Positions 37,581 through 45,942 of a stretch of 64,000 nucleotides of DNA are shown in pieces. This DNA is from Marivibrio sp. (GTDB lineage Bacteria > Pseudomonadota > Alphaproteobacteria > UBA8366 > Aestuariispiraceae), in assembly GCF_040218065.1 (NCBI RefSeq), contig NZ_JAVJQE010000013.1, positions 590,457 through 654,456 on the forward strand, in the 5' to 3' direction. Within the stretch, counting starts at the first letter, position 1, and the number at the start of each line of letters is the position of its first letter. The notes beneath the pieces are model-generated. The model was not told the origin of the DNA. It saw only the letters and a list, made by a program, of their open reading frames with translations, and searched no databases. The position numbers were made by a program, and so were the translations under genes.

Positions 37581-39032
37581 TCAGAGATAGGGTTGCAGCA
37601 GATGGGCCGCCCCGTCGCGCAGCTTGATCGGGAGCGAACGTTCGGACAGCTCCGAGCGGTCGAGGCGGCGGGAGCGGGCGATGCGGGCGTCGATCAGATC
37701 GTCGATCGTCCGCGCGAATCCTTCGTCATAGACCTCGCAGACATATTCGAAATTGAGGCGCAACGAGCGCATGTCCCAATTGCCTGAGCCGATCAGCGAC
37801 CACGCGCCGTCCACCGTCATCAGCTTGGCGTGATCGAAGGGCGGACGGGAGAGCCAGACGCGCGCGCCGGCGTCCAGCGTCGTCTCCTGCTCCGAGCGTG
37901 CGGCCCATTGCAGCAGTTTGTGGTCCAGCGTCTCGGGCGTCACGACGTCGATCTTGACCCCGCCGGCGGCGGCGAGGCGGAGCGCGCTCAACACCGTCTC
38001 GTCCGGCAGGAAATAAGGCGTGGCGATCCGGATCGACCGGCGCGCGGTCGTAATCGCGCTGAGCAGCGTCCAGCGCAGCGGATTCTCGTCGAAATCGGGC
38101 CCGGATTCGATCCCGCGGCCCAGCATGGCGCCGGCGGCCGACAATGTCGGGAACCACGCCGGCCCGGACAAGTTTTCGCCGCTGGTGAAACGCCAATCGG
38201 CGGCGAAGCGCTCCATCGCCTGGGCGACGATCGGGCCTTGCAGGCGGAAATGCACGTCGGCCACACCGCCCTCGCCCGACTGCTCCAACAGGCAGGCGTC
38301 TTTGATGTTCACGCCCCCCGTAAACGCGACGCGCCCGTCTGCGATCAGCAGTTTCGCGTGGTTGCGCATGTTGAGATACGGCATGCGCCACGGCACCAGA
38401 CTGTAGAGAAAGCGCTGGGTCGGCACGCCGGCGCGGCGCAGGTGGCGGACGATGCGCTGCATGTCGGCGAACGCGCCGACGCCGTCCACCAGCACGCGCA
38501 CCGCGACGCCGCGGTCGCACGCGCGCTCCAACGCCTGGGCGAAGCGATCGCCGATTCGGTCGTGCCGGAAGATGTAGCTGGAGAGCGCGACCGAACGCTC
38601 GGCCGCGTCGATCGCCGCCAGCATCGCTGGATAGGCGGCGTCGCCGCTGTCGAACGGCTCGATCAGATTGCCGGCTACGAGCGGACGCGTCGCCAGCCGG
38701 TCGACCCGGCGGGCGATGTGATTCAGATAGACCCGGTCTTCGGGCAGGGCTGCGCGCACGGCGGCCGTGTCGGATTCCTCATCCCCCGACTCGGCGTCCC
38801 CCGACGCACGCAACCCTTCGAGCCGCCCGGCGCGGCGCTGCACCCGATTGATGCCGAAGATGTAGTAAAGCGCGACCCCCAGCGCAGGCACGAACAGGAT
38901 CAAGCCGGCCCAGGCCACCGCCCCGCGACTGTCGCGCTTAGTGACCAGCACATGGCAGAAGGCAAGCGCCGCCGCCACGAAAATGACGACGCCGGTGATC
39001 AGCGCGACGGGGTCCTCTAGAAGCGCCTCCAT
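37581..39032 (-). CDS. cls: cardiolipin synthase (PLD superfamily)
   Basis: Two N-terminal TM helices and two HKD motifs (NHAKLLIADG and DHAKLMTVDG). Confidence 0.92.
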   Translation of the reverse strand: MEALLEDPVALITGVVIFVAAALAFCHVLVTKRDSRGAVAWAGLILFVPALGVALYYIFGINRVQRRAGRLEGLRASGDAESGDEESDTAAVRAALPEDRVYLNHIARRVDRLATRPLVAGNLIEPFDSGDAAYPAMLAAIDAAERSVALSSYIFRHDRIGDRFAQALERACDRGVAVRVLVDGVGAFADMQRIVRHLRRAGVPTQRFLYSLVPWRMPYLNMRNHAKLLIADGRVAFTGGVNIKDACLLEQSGEGGVADVHFRLQGPIVAQAMERFAADWRFTSGENLSGPAWFPTLSAAGAMLGRGIESGPDFDENPLRWTLLSAITTARRSIRIATPYFLPDETVLSALRLAAAGGVKIDVVTPETLDHKLLQWAARSEQETTLDAGARVWLSRPPFDHAKLMTVDGAWSLIGSGNWDMRSLRLNFEYVCEVYDEGFARTIDDLIDARIARSRRLDRSELSERSLPIKLRDGAAHLLQPYL

Positions 39033-39092
39033 GGCCGCTATATGCGCTGACGGGCGCCGCCGCTCAAGCGCCGCCGCTCGTCCGCCTTCCTC

Positions 39093-39737
39093 TCACTCTG
39101 CGTCCGGCTGCCGAGCGGGGGCCGTCTCGGCGAAGATCGGACGAGCCATCAGGGCGTCTGCGAGCGCGAGCGTCTTCGGATACGGCGTCAAATCGCAGTC
39201 GAAGCGCCGGGCGTTGAAGACCTGCGGGACGAGGCACAGATCGGCCAGCGTCACGGTCTCGCCGAAGCACACGCCGCGCGCCGGCGCATCGGCGGGCAGC
39301 AGGCCTTCGACCGCCGCGAACCCCTCGGCCACCCAATGCCGGTACCAGGAGAGCTTCTGATCCTCGCTCAAGCCCATCGAGCCGGTCAGATGCTGCAGCA
39401 CCCGCAGATTGTTCAGCGGATGCATCTCGCAGGCGATCGTCAGCGCCAGCTCGCGCACTTTGGCGCGCGGCGCCGGATCGGACGGCAGCAGAGGCGGCTC
39501 GGGTCGGGTCTCCTCCAAATATTCGATCATCGCCAGCGACTGGCCGAAGGCCGCGTCTCCCTCTTCCAGATACGGGACGAGGCCGGCCGGGTTCACCGCC
39601 CGATAGGCCGGACGCTTCTGCTCGCCCCCTTCGCGGGTCAAATGCACGAAGCTCGACTCGTAGGAGAGGCCCTTGATCGCGAGGGCCGCGCGCACGCGCC
39701 AAGCGGCGGAGCTGCGAAAATAGGTCGTGAGTTTCAT
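39093..39737 (-). CDS. maiA: maleylacetoacetate isomerase (zeta-class GST)
   Basis: Start at MKLTTYFRSSAAWRVRAALAIKGL. NPAGLVPYL and QSLAMIEYLEE. Divergent from the hmgA-like/FAH pair. Confidence 0.85.
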   Translation of the reverse strand: MKLTTYFRSSAAWRVRAALAIKGLSYESSFVHLTREGGEQKRPAYRAVNPAGLVPYLEEGDAAFGQSLAMIEYLEETRPEPPLLPSDPAPRAKVRELALTIACEMHPLNNLRVLQHLTGSMGLSEDQKLSWYRHWVAEGFAAVEGLLPADAPARGVCFGETVTLADLCLVPQVFNARRFDCDLTPYPKTLALADALMARPIFAETAPARQPDAE

Positions 39738-39841
39738 CGGCGTAATCGACTTTCCTCTGACGGTGCGCCGAACGGCGCGCGCCGCCTGGACTATAGCGAG
39801 CCCGTCAAGCCTTTGAAAACCCCGCCCCTTCGTCCGCTTTG

Positions 39842-39869
39842 TTGACATCGTTTCACTTGAAACTATCAT
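39842..39869 (+). promoter_or_regulatory. sigma70-like promoter TTGACA-N16-TATCAT with embedded palindrome GTTTCA-ct-TGAAAC
   Basis: TTGACA at 39842-47 and TATCAT at 39864-69. The perfect inverted repeat at 39850-63 fills the spacer. Lies about 65 nt upstream of the hmgA-like ATG. Confidence 0.5.
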
Positions 39870-39931
39870 GCCCCCCAGACGCGGGGCGGACGTCGCCTCG
39901 CCGCTTCTTCACCGCAACGGAGCCGCACGCC

Positions 39932-41092
39932 ATGCGACGCTACATCCCGGTCCAGACGGTTGAAGGCCGCGCCTCCCGTCAGGCGCACGCCGACCTGCCG
40001 GCGGACACGTACGAGCGCGAGATGGGCAAGGAGGGCTTCTTCGGCCCGGCCGCGCACCTCTATCACGCCAATCCGCCGACCGCTTGGACCAGCTGGGAGG
40101 GGCCGCTCAAGCCGCGCGCCTTTGATCTGAACCGGATCGAGCGGGCCGCCCGCACTCCCTGGGACGCGACCACCTTCCTGCATAACGCCCACTGCAAGAT
40201 GCGCTTCTGGCGCTTCGGGGGCGCGATGGACCATCTGGTCCGCAACGCAGACGGAGACGAGCTGATCTTCCTGCACGCGGGCCAGGCGGATCTTTACTGC
40301 GACTTCGGCCATCTGGCGATCGTCGCCGGCGACTACGTCGTTCTGCCGCGCGGAACGATGTGGCGGATCGAGACTGACGGCCCGATCGAGGCGTTGCTGA
40401 TCGAGGCCACGAATTCGACCTACATGCTGCCCGAGAAGGGGCTGGTCGGGCCGCACGCCATCTTCGACCCCGCTATGCTGGACACGCCCCGCCTGAACGC
40501 GGCCTTCGACGCCCAGCGCCAAGGCCCGGAGGCCGGCGTCGAGTGGCGGGTGAAGATCCGCCGGCTGGGCGAAATCTCAACCGTCACCTACCCGTTCAAC
40601 CCGCTGGACGCCGTCGGTTGGAAGGGCGATTTGGCGCCGGTGCGGATCAATGTGAAGGACATCCGCCCCTTGATGAGCGACCGCTATCATCTGCCGCCCT
40701 CGGCGCACACGACCTTCGTCGCCAACCGCTTCGTGGTCTGCACCTTCGCGCCGCGCCCGTTCGAAAGCGATCCGGGCGCGCTGAAGGTGCCCTTCTTCCA
40801 TAACAACGACGACTATGACGAAGTGCTGTTCTACCACGCCGGCGATTTTTTCAGCCGCGACAACATCGACGCCGGCATGGTCACCTTCCATCCTTGCGGC
40901 TTCACCCACGGACCGCATCCGAAGGCGCTGAAAAACGCCTTCACGCAAAAGAAGACGGCGACCGACGAATACGCCGTCATGGTCGACACCCGCGACCCGC
41001 TGCAGGTCGGCGACTTGCCCGCCGGCGTGGAAAATCCCGACTATCACCGGAGTTGGACTCCCAAAGACCAAACGGCGGAGGCGGCGGAGTGA
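39932..41092 (+). CDS. homogentisate 1,2-dioxygenase-like cupin dioxygenase (short form)
   Basis: 386 aa. EREMGKEGFFGPAAHLYHANPP and FHPCGFTHGPHP resemble the short (Bacillus-type) HmgA as I recall it. Context is FAH and maiA. Confidence 0.65.
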   Translation: MRRYIPVQTVEGRASRQAHADLPADTYEREMGKEGFFGPAAHLYHANPPTAWTSWEGPLKPRAFDLNRIERAARTPWDATTFLHNAHCKMRFWRFGGAMDHLVRNADGDELIFLHAGQADLYCDFGHLAIVAGDYVVLPRGTMWRIETDGPIEALLIEATNSTYMLPEKGLVGPHAIFDPAMLDTPRLNAAFDAQRQGPEAGVEWRVKIRRLGEISTVTYPFNPLDAVGWKGDLAPVRINVKDIRPLMSDRYHLPPSAHTTFVANRFVVCTFAPRPFESDPGALKVPFFHNNDDYDEVLFYHAGDFFSRDNIDAGMVTFHPCGFTHGPHPKALKNAFTQKKTATDEYAVMVDTRDPLQVGDLPAGVENPDYHRSWTPKDQTAEAAE

Positions 41093-42114
41093 AACTGGCG
41101 ACTTTGAAAGACCACGGGAGGGACGGCGCGCTGGCGCTGGTGAGCCGGGATCTCTCCCATGCGGTGCGCGCCGGCTCCGTCGCGCCGACGCTGCAAGCGG
41201 CGTTGGACGATTGGGCGGCGATCGAGCCGGACCTGCGCCGCCTGGCGGCCGATCTCGAGAGCGGCGCGGCCGAAGGCGTCGTCCCGTTCGATCCGGTCGA
41301 GTGCTGCGCCCCCTTGCCGCGCGCCTATCAGTGGGCCGACGGCTCCGCCTACGTCAATCACGTGGAGCTGGTGCGCAAGGCCCGCGGCGCGGAGCTGCCC
41401 GAAAGTTTCTGGGAAGATCCGCTGATGTACCAGGGCGGCTCGGACAGCTTTCTGGGTCCGGCCGACGACGTCCCGCTGGCCGGCGAGGAATGGGGGATCG
41501 ATTTCGAGGCGGAGATCGCCGTCGTGACCGACGATGTGCCGATGGGGGTCTCGGTCGCGGACGCGGCGCGCCACATCAAGCTGGTTATGCTGGTCAACGA
41601 CGTCTCCCTGCGCGGCCTGATCCCGGGCGAGCTCGCCAAAGGCTTCGGCTTCTTCCAGTCGAAACCGTCGAGCGCCTTCTCCCCGGTCGCCGTCACGCCG
41701 GACGCGCTGGGCGAGGCGTGGGACGGCGCCAAGCTGCATCTGCCGCTCCGCTCCAGCCTGAATGGGAAAGAGTTCGGGCGGCCTGAGGCGGGCGTCGACA
41801 TGACCTTCGACTTCCCCACGCTGATCGCGCATGCGGCCAAGACCCGGCCGCTCGCGGCGGGGACGATCGTGGGCTCCGGCACCGTCTCCAACCGCGACGC
41901 CGACGGCGGGCCGGGCAAGCCGGTGGCCGACGGCGGCCTCGGTTACAGCTGCATCGCCGAAATCCGCATGATCGAGACCATCGCCGACGGCGCGCCGAAG
42001 ACCCCTTTCCTGCGCTTCGGCGACCGGGTGCGCATCGAGATGCTGGACCGCGACGGCGCCACGATCTTCGGCGCGATCGATCAGACCATCGTCAAATACG
42101 AAGGGTCGGCCTGA
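41089..42114 (+). CDS. fumarylacetoacetate hydrolase family protein
   Basis: GTG start overlapping the upstream stop (GTGA). DFEAEIAVV and GTIVGSGTVSN are FAH-fold motifs. Confidence 0.85.
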   Translation: MKLATLKDHGRDGALALVSRDLSHAVRAGSVAPTLQAALDDWAAIEPDLRRLAADLESGAAEGVVPFDPVECCAPLPRAYQWADGSAYVNHVELVRKARGAELPESFWEDPLMYQGGSDSFLGPADDVPLAGEEWGIDFEAEIAVVTDDVPMGVSVADAARHIKLVMLVNDVSLRGLIPGELAKGFGFFQSKPSSAFSPVAVTPDALGEAWDGAKLHLPLRSSLNGKEFGRPEAGVDMTFDFPTLIAHAAKTRPLAAGTIVGSGTVSNRDADGGPGKPVADGGLGYSCIAEIRMIETIADGAPKTPFLRFGDRVRIEMLDRDGATIFGAIDQTIVKYEGSA

Positions 42115-42144
42115 CCCGACCCCGTCCTTAGGGAGACCCCGCAA

Positions 42145-43110
42145 ATGTCCACCACCGCATTCGCCTCTACCGCCGATCTCGAGGAGAAGGAGATCACCTT
42201 CGAGCCGCTCGCCGACGGCGTCTACGCCTACACGGCCGAAGGCGACCCTAACTCCGGCGTCATCATCGCCGACGACGGCGTCTTGGTGATGGACGCGCAG
42301 GCGACGCCGGTGCAGGCGGAGAAGCTGATCAGCCGCATCCGCCAGATCACCGACGCGCCGATCAAATATCTGGTGTTGAGCCACTATCACGCCGTGCGCG
42401 TCCTCGGCGCGGCCGCCTACGAGGCCGAGAACATCGTCGCCAGCCGCGGCACCTACGAGAACATCGTCGAGCGCGGCCAGCAGGATTTCGAGAGCGAGGT
42501 CGGCCGCTTCCCACGGCTCTTCGATCAGGTCGAGACGGTGCCCGGCCTGACCTGGCCCAGCATCGTGTTCGAGGACAAGCTGACCCTCTGGATGGGCGGG
42601 CGCGAGGTGCAGCTGCTGCATCTGGGGCGGAGCCACACCAAGGGCGACATCGTCGCCTGGCTGCCGGAGGAGAAGATCTGCTTTGCCGGCGACATGGTGG
42701 AGTACGGCGCCACCCCCTATACCGGCGACGCCTATCTGAAGGACTGGCCGACGACGCTGGACCGCTTGTCGGCGTTGAGGCCGCAGCAGCTGATCCCCGG
42801 CCGCGGCGCGGCGCTGAAGACGGACGCGGACTGCCGCGAGGCGATCGAGGGCACCCGCGCCTTCCTGAGCGACCTTTACGCCCACGCTGAGGCCGGCGTT
42901 AAGGCGGGCGAGGATCTGGCCCAAGTCTACGCCCGCGCCTATGAGGACATGCAGCCGAAATACGGTCACTGGGTCATCTTCGACCATTGCATGCCCTTCG
43001 ACGTCACCCGCGCCTATCAGGAAGCCGGCGGCGCCGTCGACCCGCAGATCTGGACGACCGAGCGCGACCGCGAGATGTGGGCCGGGCTGGAGGCGGCGCG
43101 GAAAGGGTGA
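42145..43110 (+). CDS. MBL-fold hydrolase-like protein with atypical metal motif
   Basis: Beta-lactamase-fold layout (NSGVIIADDGVLVMDA..., LSHYHAVR, HTKGD). The canonical HxHxDH reads HYHAVR. Confidence 0.75.
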   Translation: MSTTAFASTADLEEKEITFEPLADGVYAYTAEGDPNSGVIIADDGVLVMDAQATPVQAEKLISRIRQITDAPIKYLVLSHYHAVRVLGAAAYEAENIVASRGTYENIVERGQQDFESEVGRFPRLFDQVETVPGLTWPSIVFEDKLTLWMGGREVQLLHLGRSHTKGDIVAWLPEEKICFAGDMVEYGATPYTGDAYLKDWPTTLDRLSALRPQQLIPGRGAALKTDADCREAIEGTRAFLSDLYAHAEAGVKAGEDLAQVYARAYEDMQPKYGHWVIFDHCMPFDVTRAYQEAGGAVDPQIWTTERDREMWAGLEAARKG

Positions 43111-43112
43111 TC

Positions 43113-43165
43113 CGCTCTTCCCCCTCTCCCCTCTGAAGGGGAGAGGGAGAGGGAGAGGGAGAGAA
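43113..43165. repeat. REP-like hairpin (family 2)
   Basis: CCCTCTCCCC-tctgaa-GGGGAGAGGG (43122-43147) within a pyrimidine/purine-rich tract. Near-identical hairpin at 59988-60013. Confidence 0.7.
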
Positions 43166-43195
43166 GAAAAAGACAAAAGCCGGGGACGCCAGCAT

Positions 43196-44857
43196 ATGCT
43201 GCAAGCCTTCGAGTATCCGCGGTTCGACTACGCCCCCTCGCCGGACGAGGGGGCTGAGCCCCCCGCCCGCCACGCCGTCGTGATCGTGGGCGCCGGGCCG
43301 ATCGGCCTGACCGCGGCGCTGGATCTGGCGCGGCGCGGTCGGCGCGTCGTGGTGATCGACGACGACGACACGGTCAGCGTCGGCAGTCGGGCCATTTGCT
43401 GGTCCAAGCGCACGCTGGAGATCTGCGACCGGCTGGGGTTGGCCGACGGCCTGATCTCCAAGGGCGTGCGTTGGAGCAAGGGACGCGTCTTCTTCCAGGA
43501 TCGCGAGCTCTACGATTTCGACCTGCTGCCGGAGGCCGGTCATTACGCGCCCGCCTTCGTCAATCTGCAGCAGTATCATTTCGAGATGGCGGCGGTGGAG
43601 GCGGCGCAGGCCCATCCGCTGATCGAGCTGCGCTGGCGCAACAGGCTGGTCGACGTCGCGCCCGGCGACGAACAAACGCCCGCGCGGGTCACGGTCGAGA
43701 CGCCCGAAGGCCGTCATCGGTTGGACGTCGATTGGCTGCTCGCCTGCGACGGCGCGAAAAGCCCGACCCGCAAGGCCCTCGGCCTCGATTTCGAGGGGCG
43801 CGTCTTCCAGGATCGCTTCCTGATCGCCGACGTGGTGATGACGGCGGATTTCCCGACCGAGCGCTGGTTCTGGTTCGACCCGCCCTTCAATCCGGGACGA
43901 TCGGCGCTGCTCCACAAGCAGGCGGACGACGTCTGGCGCATCGACCTGCAGCTCGGCTGGGACGCCGATCCCGAGGAAGAGAAGAAGCCCGAGCGCGTGA
44001 TCCCGCGCCTCAAGGCGATGCTGGGAGAGGACGCCTCGTTCGAGCTGGAATGGGTCAGCGTCTATACATTCCAGTGCCGACGGCTCGAGCGGTTCCGCAG
44101 CGGGCGCGTCCTGTTCGTCGGCGACAGCGCGCATCAGGTCTCCCCCTTCGGCGCGCGCGGCGGCAACGGCGGGGTGCAGGACGTCGACAATCTGGGCTGG
44201 AAGCTGGATCTGGTGCTGCGCGGCGCGGCGCCGAAAGCCTTGCTCGACAGCTACGATGTCGAGCGCGGCTGGGGCGCGGACGAGAACATCGCCAACTCAA
44301 CCCGCGCGACCGACTTCATCACGCCGAAGAGCCAGGCGAGCCGGGATTTCCGGGACGCAACGCTGGCGCTCGCCGCGCGCTTCGACTTCGCCCGGCGGCT
44401 GGTGAATTCCGGCCGGCTGTCCCAGCCCGCGTCGCTGGAGGCGTCGCCGCTGACGACGCCGGACGAGGCGGGGGAGCGCTTCGACGCCCCGATGCGGCCC
44501 GGCGCCGCCTGCCTCGACGCGCCGATCCGCGACACGGCGGGCCGAGAGGATTGGCTGCTGCGCGCGCTCGCACGCGCCGACGGCTTCGTCCTCTTGGCCG
44601 CGCCGGCGCTCGACGATCCCGACGGCGCGAGCGTCGACGCGGCCGCAGCGGCCCTCGATCCCCCGGCGCAGGCGCTGGTCATGGGGCGGGATTTCGAAGA
44701 TAGCGAGGGCCTCGTCGCCGCGCGCTACGACCTCACGCCCGGGGCCTGCTATCTGATCCGACCGGACCAGCACGCGGCCGCGCGGTTCCGCACGCTCTCG
44801 GCGACGCGTCTGCGGCCCGCGCAGGATCGAGCCCTCGCCCGCGGCAAGGAGGCCTGA
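43196..44857 (+). CDS. FAD-dependent aromatic-ring monooxygenase (MhpA/PheA-TfdB type)
   Basis: Start at MLQAFEYPRFDY. VVIVGAGPIGLTAALDLARRG dinucleotide fold, and DGAKSPTR and GDSAHQVSPFGARGGN FAD motifs. Confidence 0.85.
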   Translation: MLQAFEYPRFDYAPSPDEGAEPPARHAVVIVGAGPIGLTAALDLARRGRRVVVIDDDDTVSVGSRAICWSKRTLEICDRLGLADGLISKGVRWSKGRVFFQDRELYDFDLLPEAGHYAPAFVNLQQYHFEMAAVEAAQAHPLIELRWRNRLVDVAPGDEQTPARVTVETPEGRHRLDVDWLLACDGAKSPTRKALGLDFEGRVFQDRFLIADVVMTADFPTERWFWFDPPFNPGRSALLHKQADDVWRIDLQLGWDADPEEEKKPERVIPRLKAMLGEDASFELEWVSVYTFQCRRLERFRSGRVLFVGDSAHQVSPFGARGGNGGVQDVDNLGWKLDLVLRGAAPKALLDSYDVERGWGADENIANSTRATDFITPKSQASRDFRDATLALAARFDFARRLVNSGRLSQPASLEASPLTTPDEAGERFDAPMRPGAACLDAPIRDTAGREDWLLRALARADGFVLLAAPALDDPDGASVDAAAAALDPPAQALVMGRDFEDSEGLVAARYDLTPGACYLIRPDQHAAARFRTLSATRLRPAQDRALARGKEA

Positions 44858-44859
44858 GG

Positions 44860-45108
44860 ATGTCTGAGACCCCGCCCCTCGTCACCGACGCCAACATCGA
44901 CGATCCGGACGGTTTCTATGCGCGCCTGATCGAGGCGCACCGCGATCTCACCGACGCGGAAAGCCGCCAGCTCAACGCCCGGCTCATTCTTCTTTTGGCC
45001 AATCACATCGGCGAGCGGGCGGTCCTCGAGTCGGCGCTCGCGCAGGCCCGCGCCGGCCTCCGCGCCCCCTCGCCGCAGACGGAAGAAAGCGCGGAACGCG
45101 GCGACTGA
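44860..45108 (+). CDS. DUF2783-like small protein (possible coupling subunit of the monooxygenase)
   Basis: 82 aa, starting 2 nt after the monooxygenase stop. DPDGFYARLIEAHRDLTDAESRQLNARLILLLANHIG matches the family as I recall it. Confidence 0.65.
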   Translation: MSETPPLVTDANIDDPDGFYARLIEAHRDLTDAESRQLNARLILLLANHIGERAVLESALAQARAGLRAPSPQTEESAERGD

Positions 45109-45115
45109 CGCTTGA

Positions 45116-45129
45116 TTTCACCCGTGAAA
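45116..45129. promoter_or_regulatory. palindrome TTTCAC-cc-GTGAAA upstream of the MarR gene
   Basis: Read directly from the sequence. Shares the TTTCA/TGAAA half-sites with the palindrome at 39850-39863. Confidence 0.35.
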
Positions 45130-45342
45130 AGCCGCCCCGCACCCTGCATTTGGGATGATTTGGTTGAAATCGACCCCATTTTCCGGTCTTTCGGCTCTCG
45201 AAATGCTGCCAAGGCGCTCCAACATATGTTAGTGTCGGAAAACAAAGGAGCGAAAACCCGATCAGGCGCCGCGCGCGGGGAGTAGGCGCGGCAAGAAAAA
45301 GAGACGCCTTCATTGCGGCGGAATGACAGACGGTCACAACCA

Positions 45343-45894
45343 ATGACGATGAATTCCTACGATGACGCCACACGTCGGTTCTCGACGCGGGAGCCGCAGA
45401 CGAGCTATTCGGGTCCGCCGGTCAGTCAGGCGGTGCGCCCGGAAGGCTTGGCGCTGCTGATCGATCAGGCGGCCCGATCGGTCTACACGGTCGCCAGCAA
45501 CCGCGGCCTGACGCCTGCGCAGTGGGCGGTGCTGCGCTATCTGAAGCGCGCCCGCAATTCGGACCCGACGATGATGGGCTTGGTGCGCTATCAGAAAATC
45601 GCGCCCGCGACCGCCTCCGAGACCATTTCGCTGCTGGTCAAGCGCGGCCTGCTGGCGAAGGAGCGCGACCCGAACGACCGCCGGCAGTATCTGCTGCGCC
45701 TCACCGACGAAGCCGAAGAGATCGTGAAGCACGACCCGCTGAACCAGCTGGCCGACGCGCTGGGCGGCCTCGACGAGGCGACGCTCAACTGCATGGCCGA
45801 GGGGCTGGAGCGCGTGCTCTTCCGCATCGTCGGCGCGCCGGGCGAGAAGCCGCCCGCCACCTCCGCGGCCCGCCCGGGACAGTCGGTAGACTGA
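45343..45894 (+). CDS. MarR-family transcriptional regulator
   Basis: LTPAQWAVLRYLKR..., KRGLLAKERDPNDRRQYLLRLTDEAEE winged-helix motif. ATG at 45343 preferred over the upstream TTG. Confidence 0.85.
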   Translation: MTMNSYDDATRRFSTREPQTSYSGPPVSQAVRPEGLALLIDQAARSVYTVASNRGLTPAQWAVLRYLKRARNSDPTMMGLVRYQKIAPATASETISLLVKRGLLAKERDPNDRRQYLLRLTDEAEEIVKHDPLNQLADALGGLDEATLNCMAEGLERVLFRIVGAPGEKPPATSAARPGQSVD

Positions 45895-45932
45895 TCCGCC
45901 GGGGGACTGATCCGCGGGGGGACTGATCCGCG
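45889..45932. repeat. 2.75 copies of a 16-nt tandem repeat GACTGATCCGCSGGGG overlapping the marR stop
   Basis: Copies at 45889-45904, 45905-45920 and 45921-45932 (partial). Each carries a TGA. Confidence 0.85.
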
Positions 45933-45942
45933 TTAGGCGCGC

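Noticed and set aside
41044-43176. Very long antisense ORFs. Examples: 41044..43176 (-), 5851..7530 (+), 56179..57894 (-), 62110..63189 (-), 37830..39020 (+), 47418..49367 (-)
   Set aside because: All lie opposite or out of frame to genes with strong motif support. Their translations are Arg/Ala/Gly/Pro-rich with no motifs, which is typical stop-codon depletion in ~65% GC DNA.
45130-45342. Possible sRNA or 25-aa sORF (MIWLKSTPFSGL...) in the 234-bp, lower-GC gap upstream of marR
   Set aside because: No convincing promoter and terminator pair and no SD for the sORF. I cannot support it from sequence alone, and it is probably just the marR promoter/leader.
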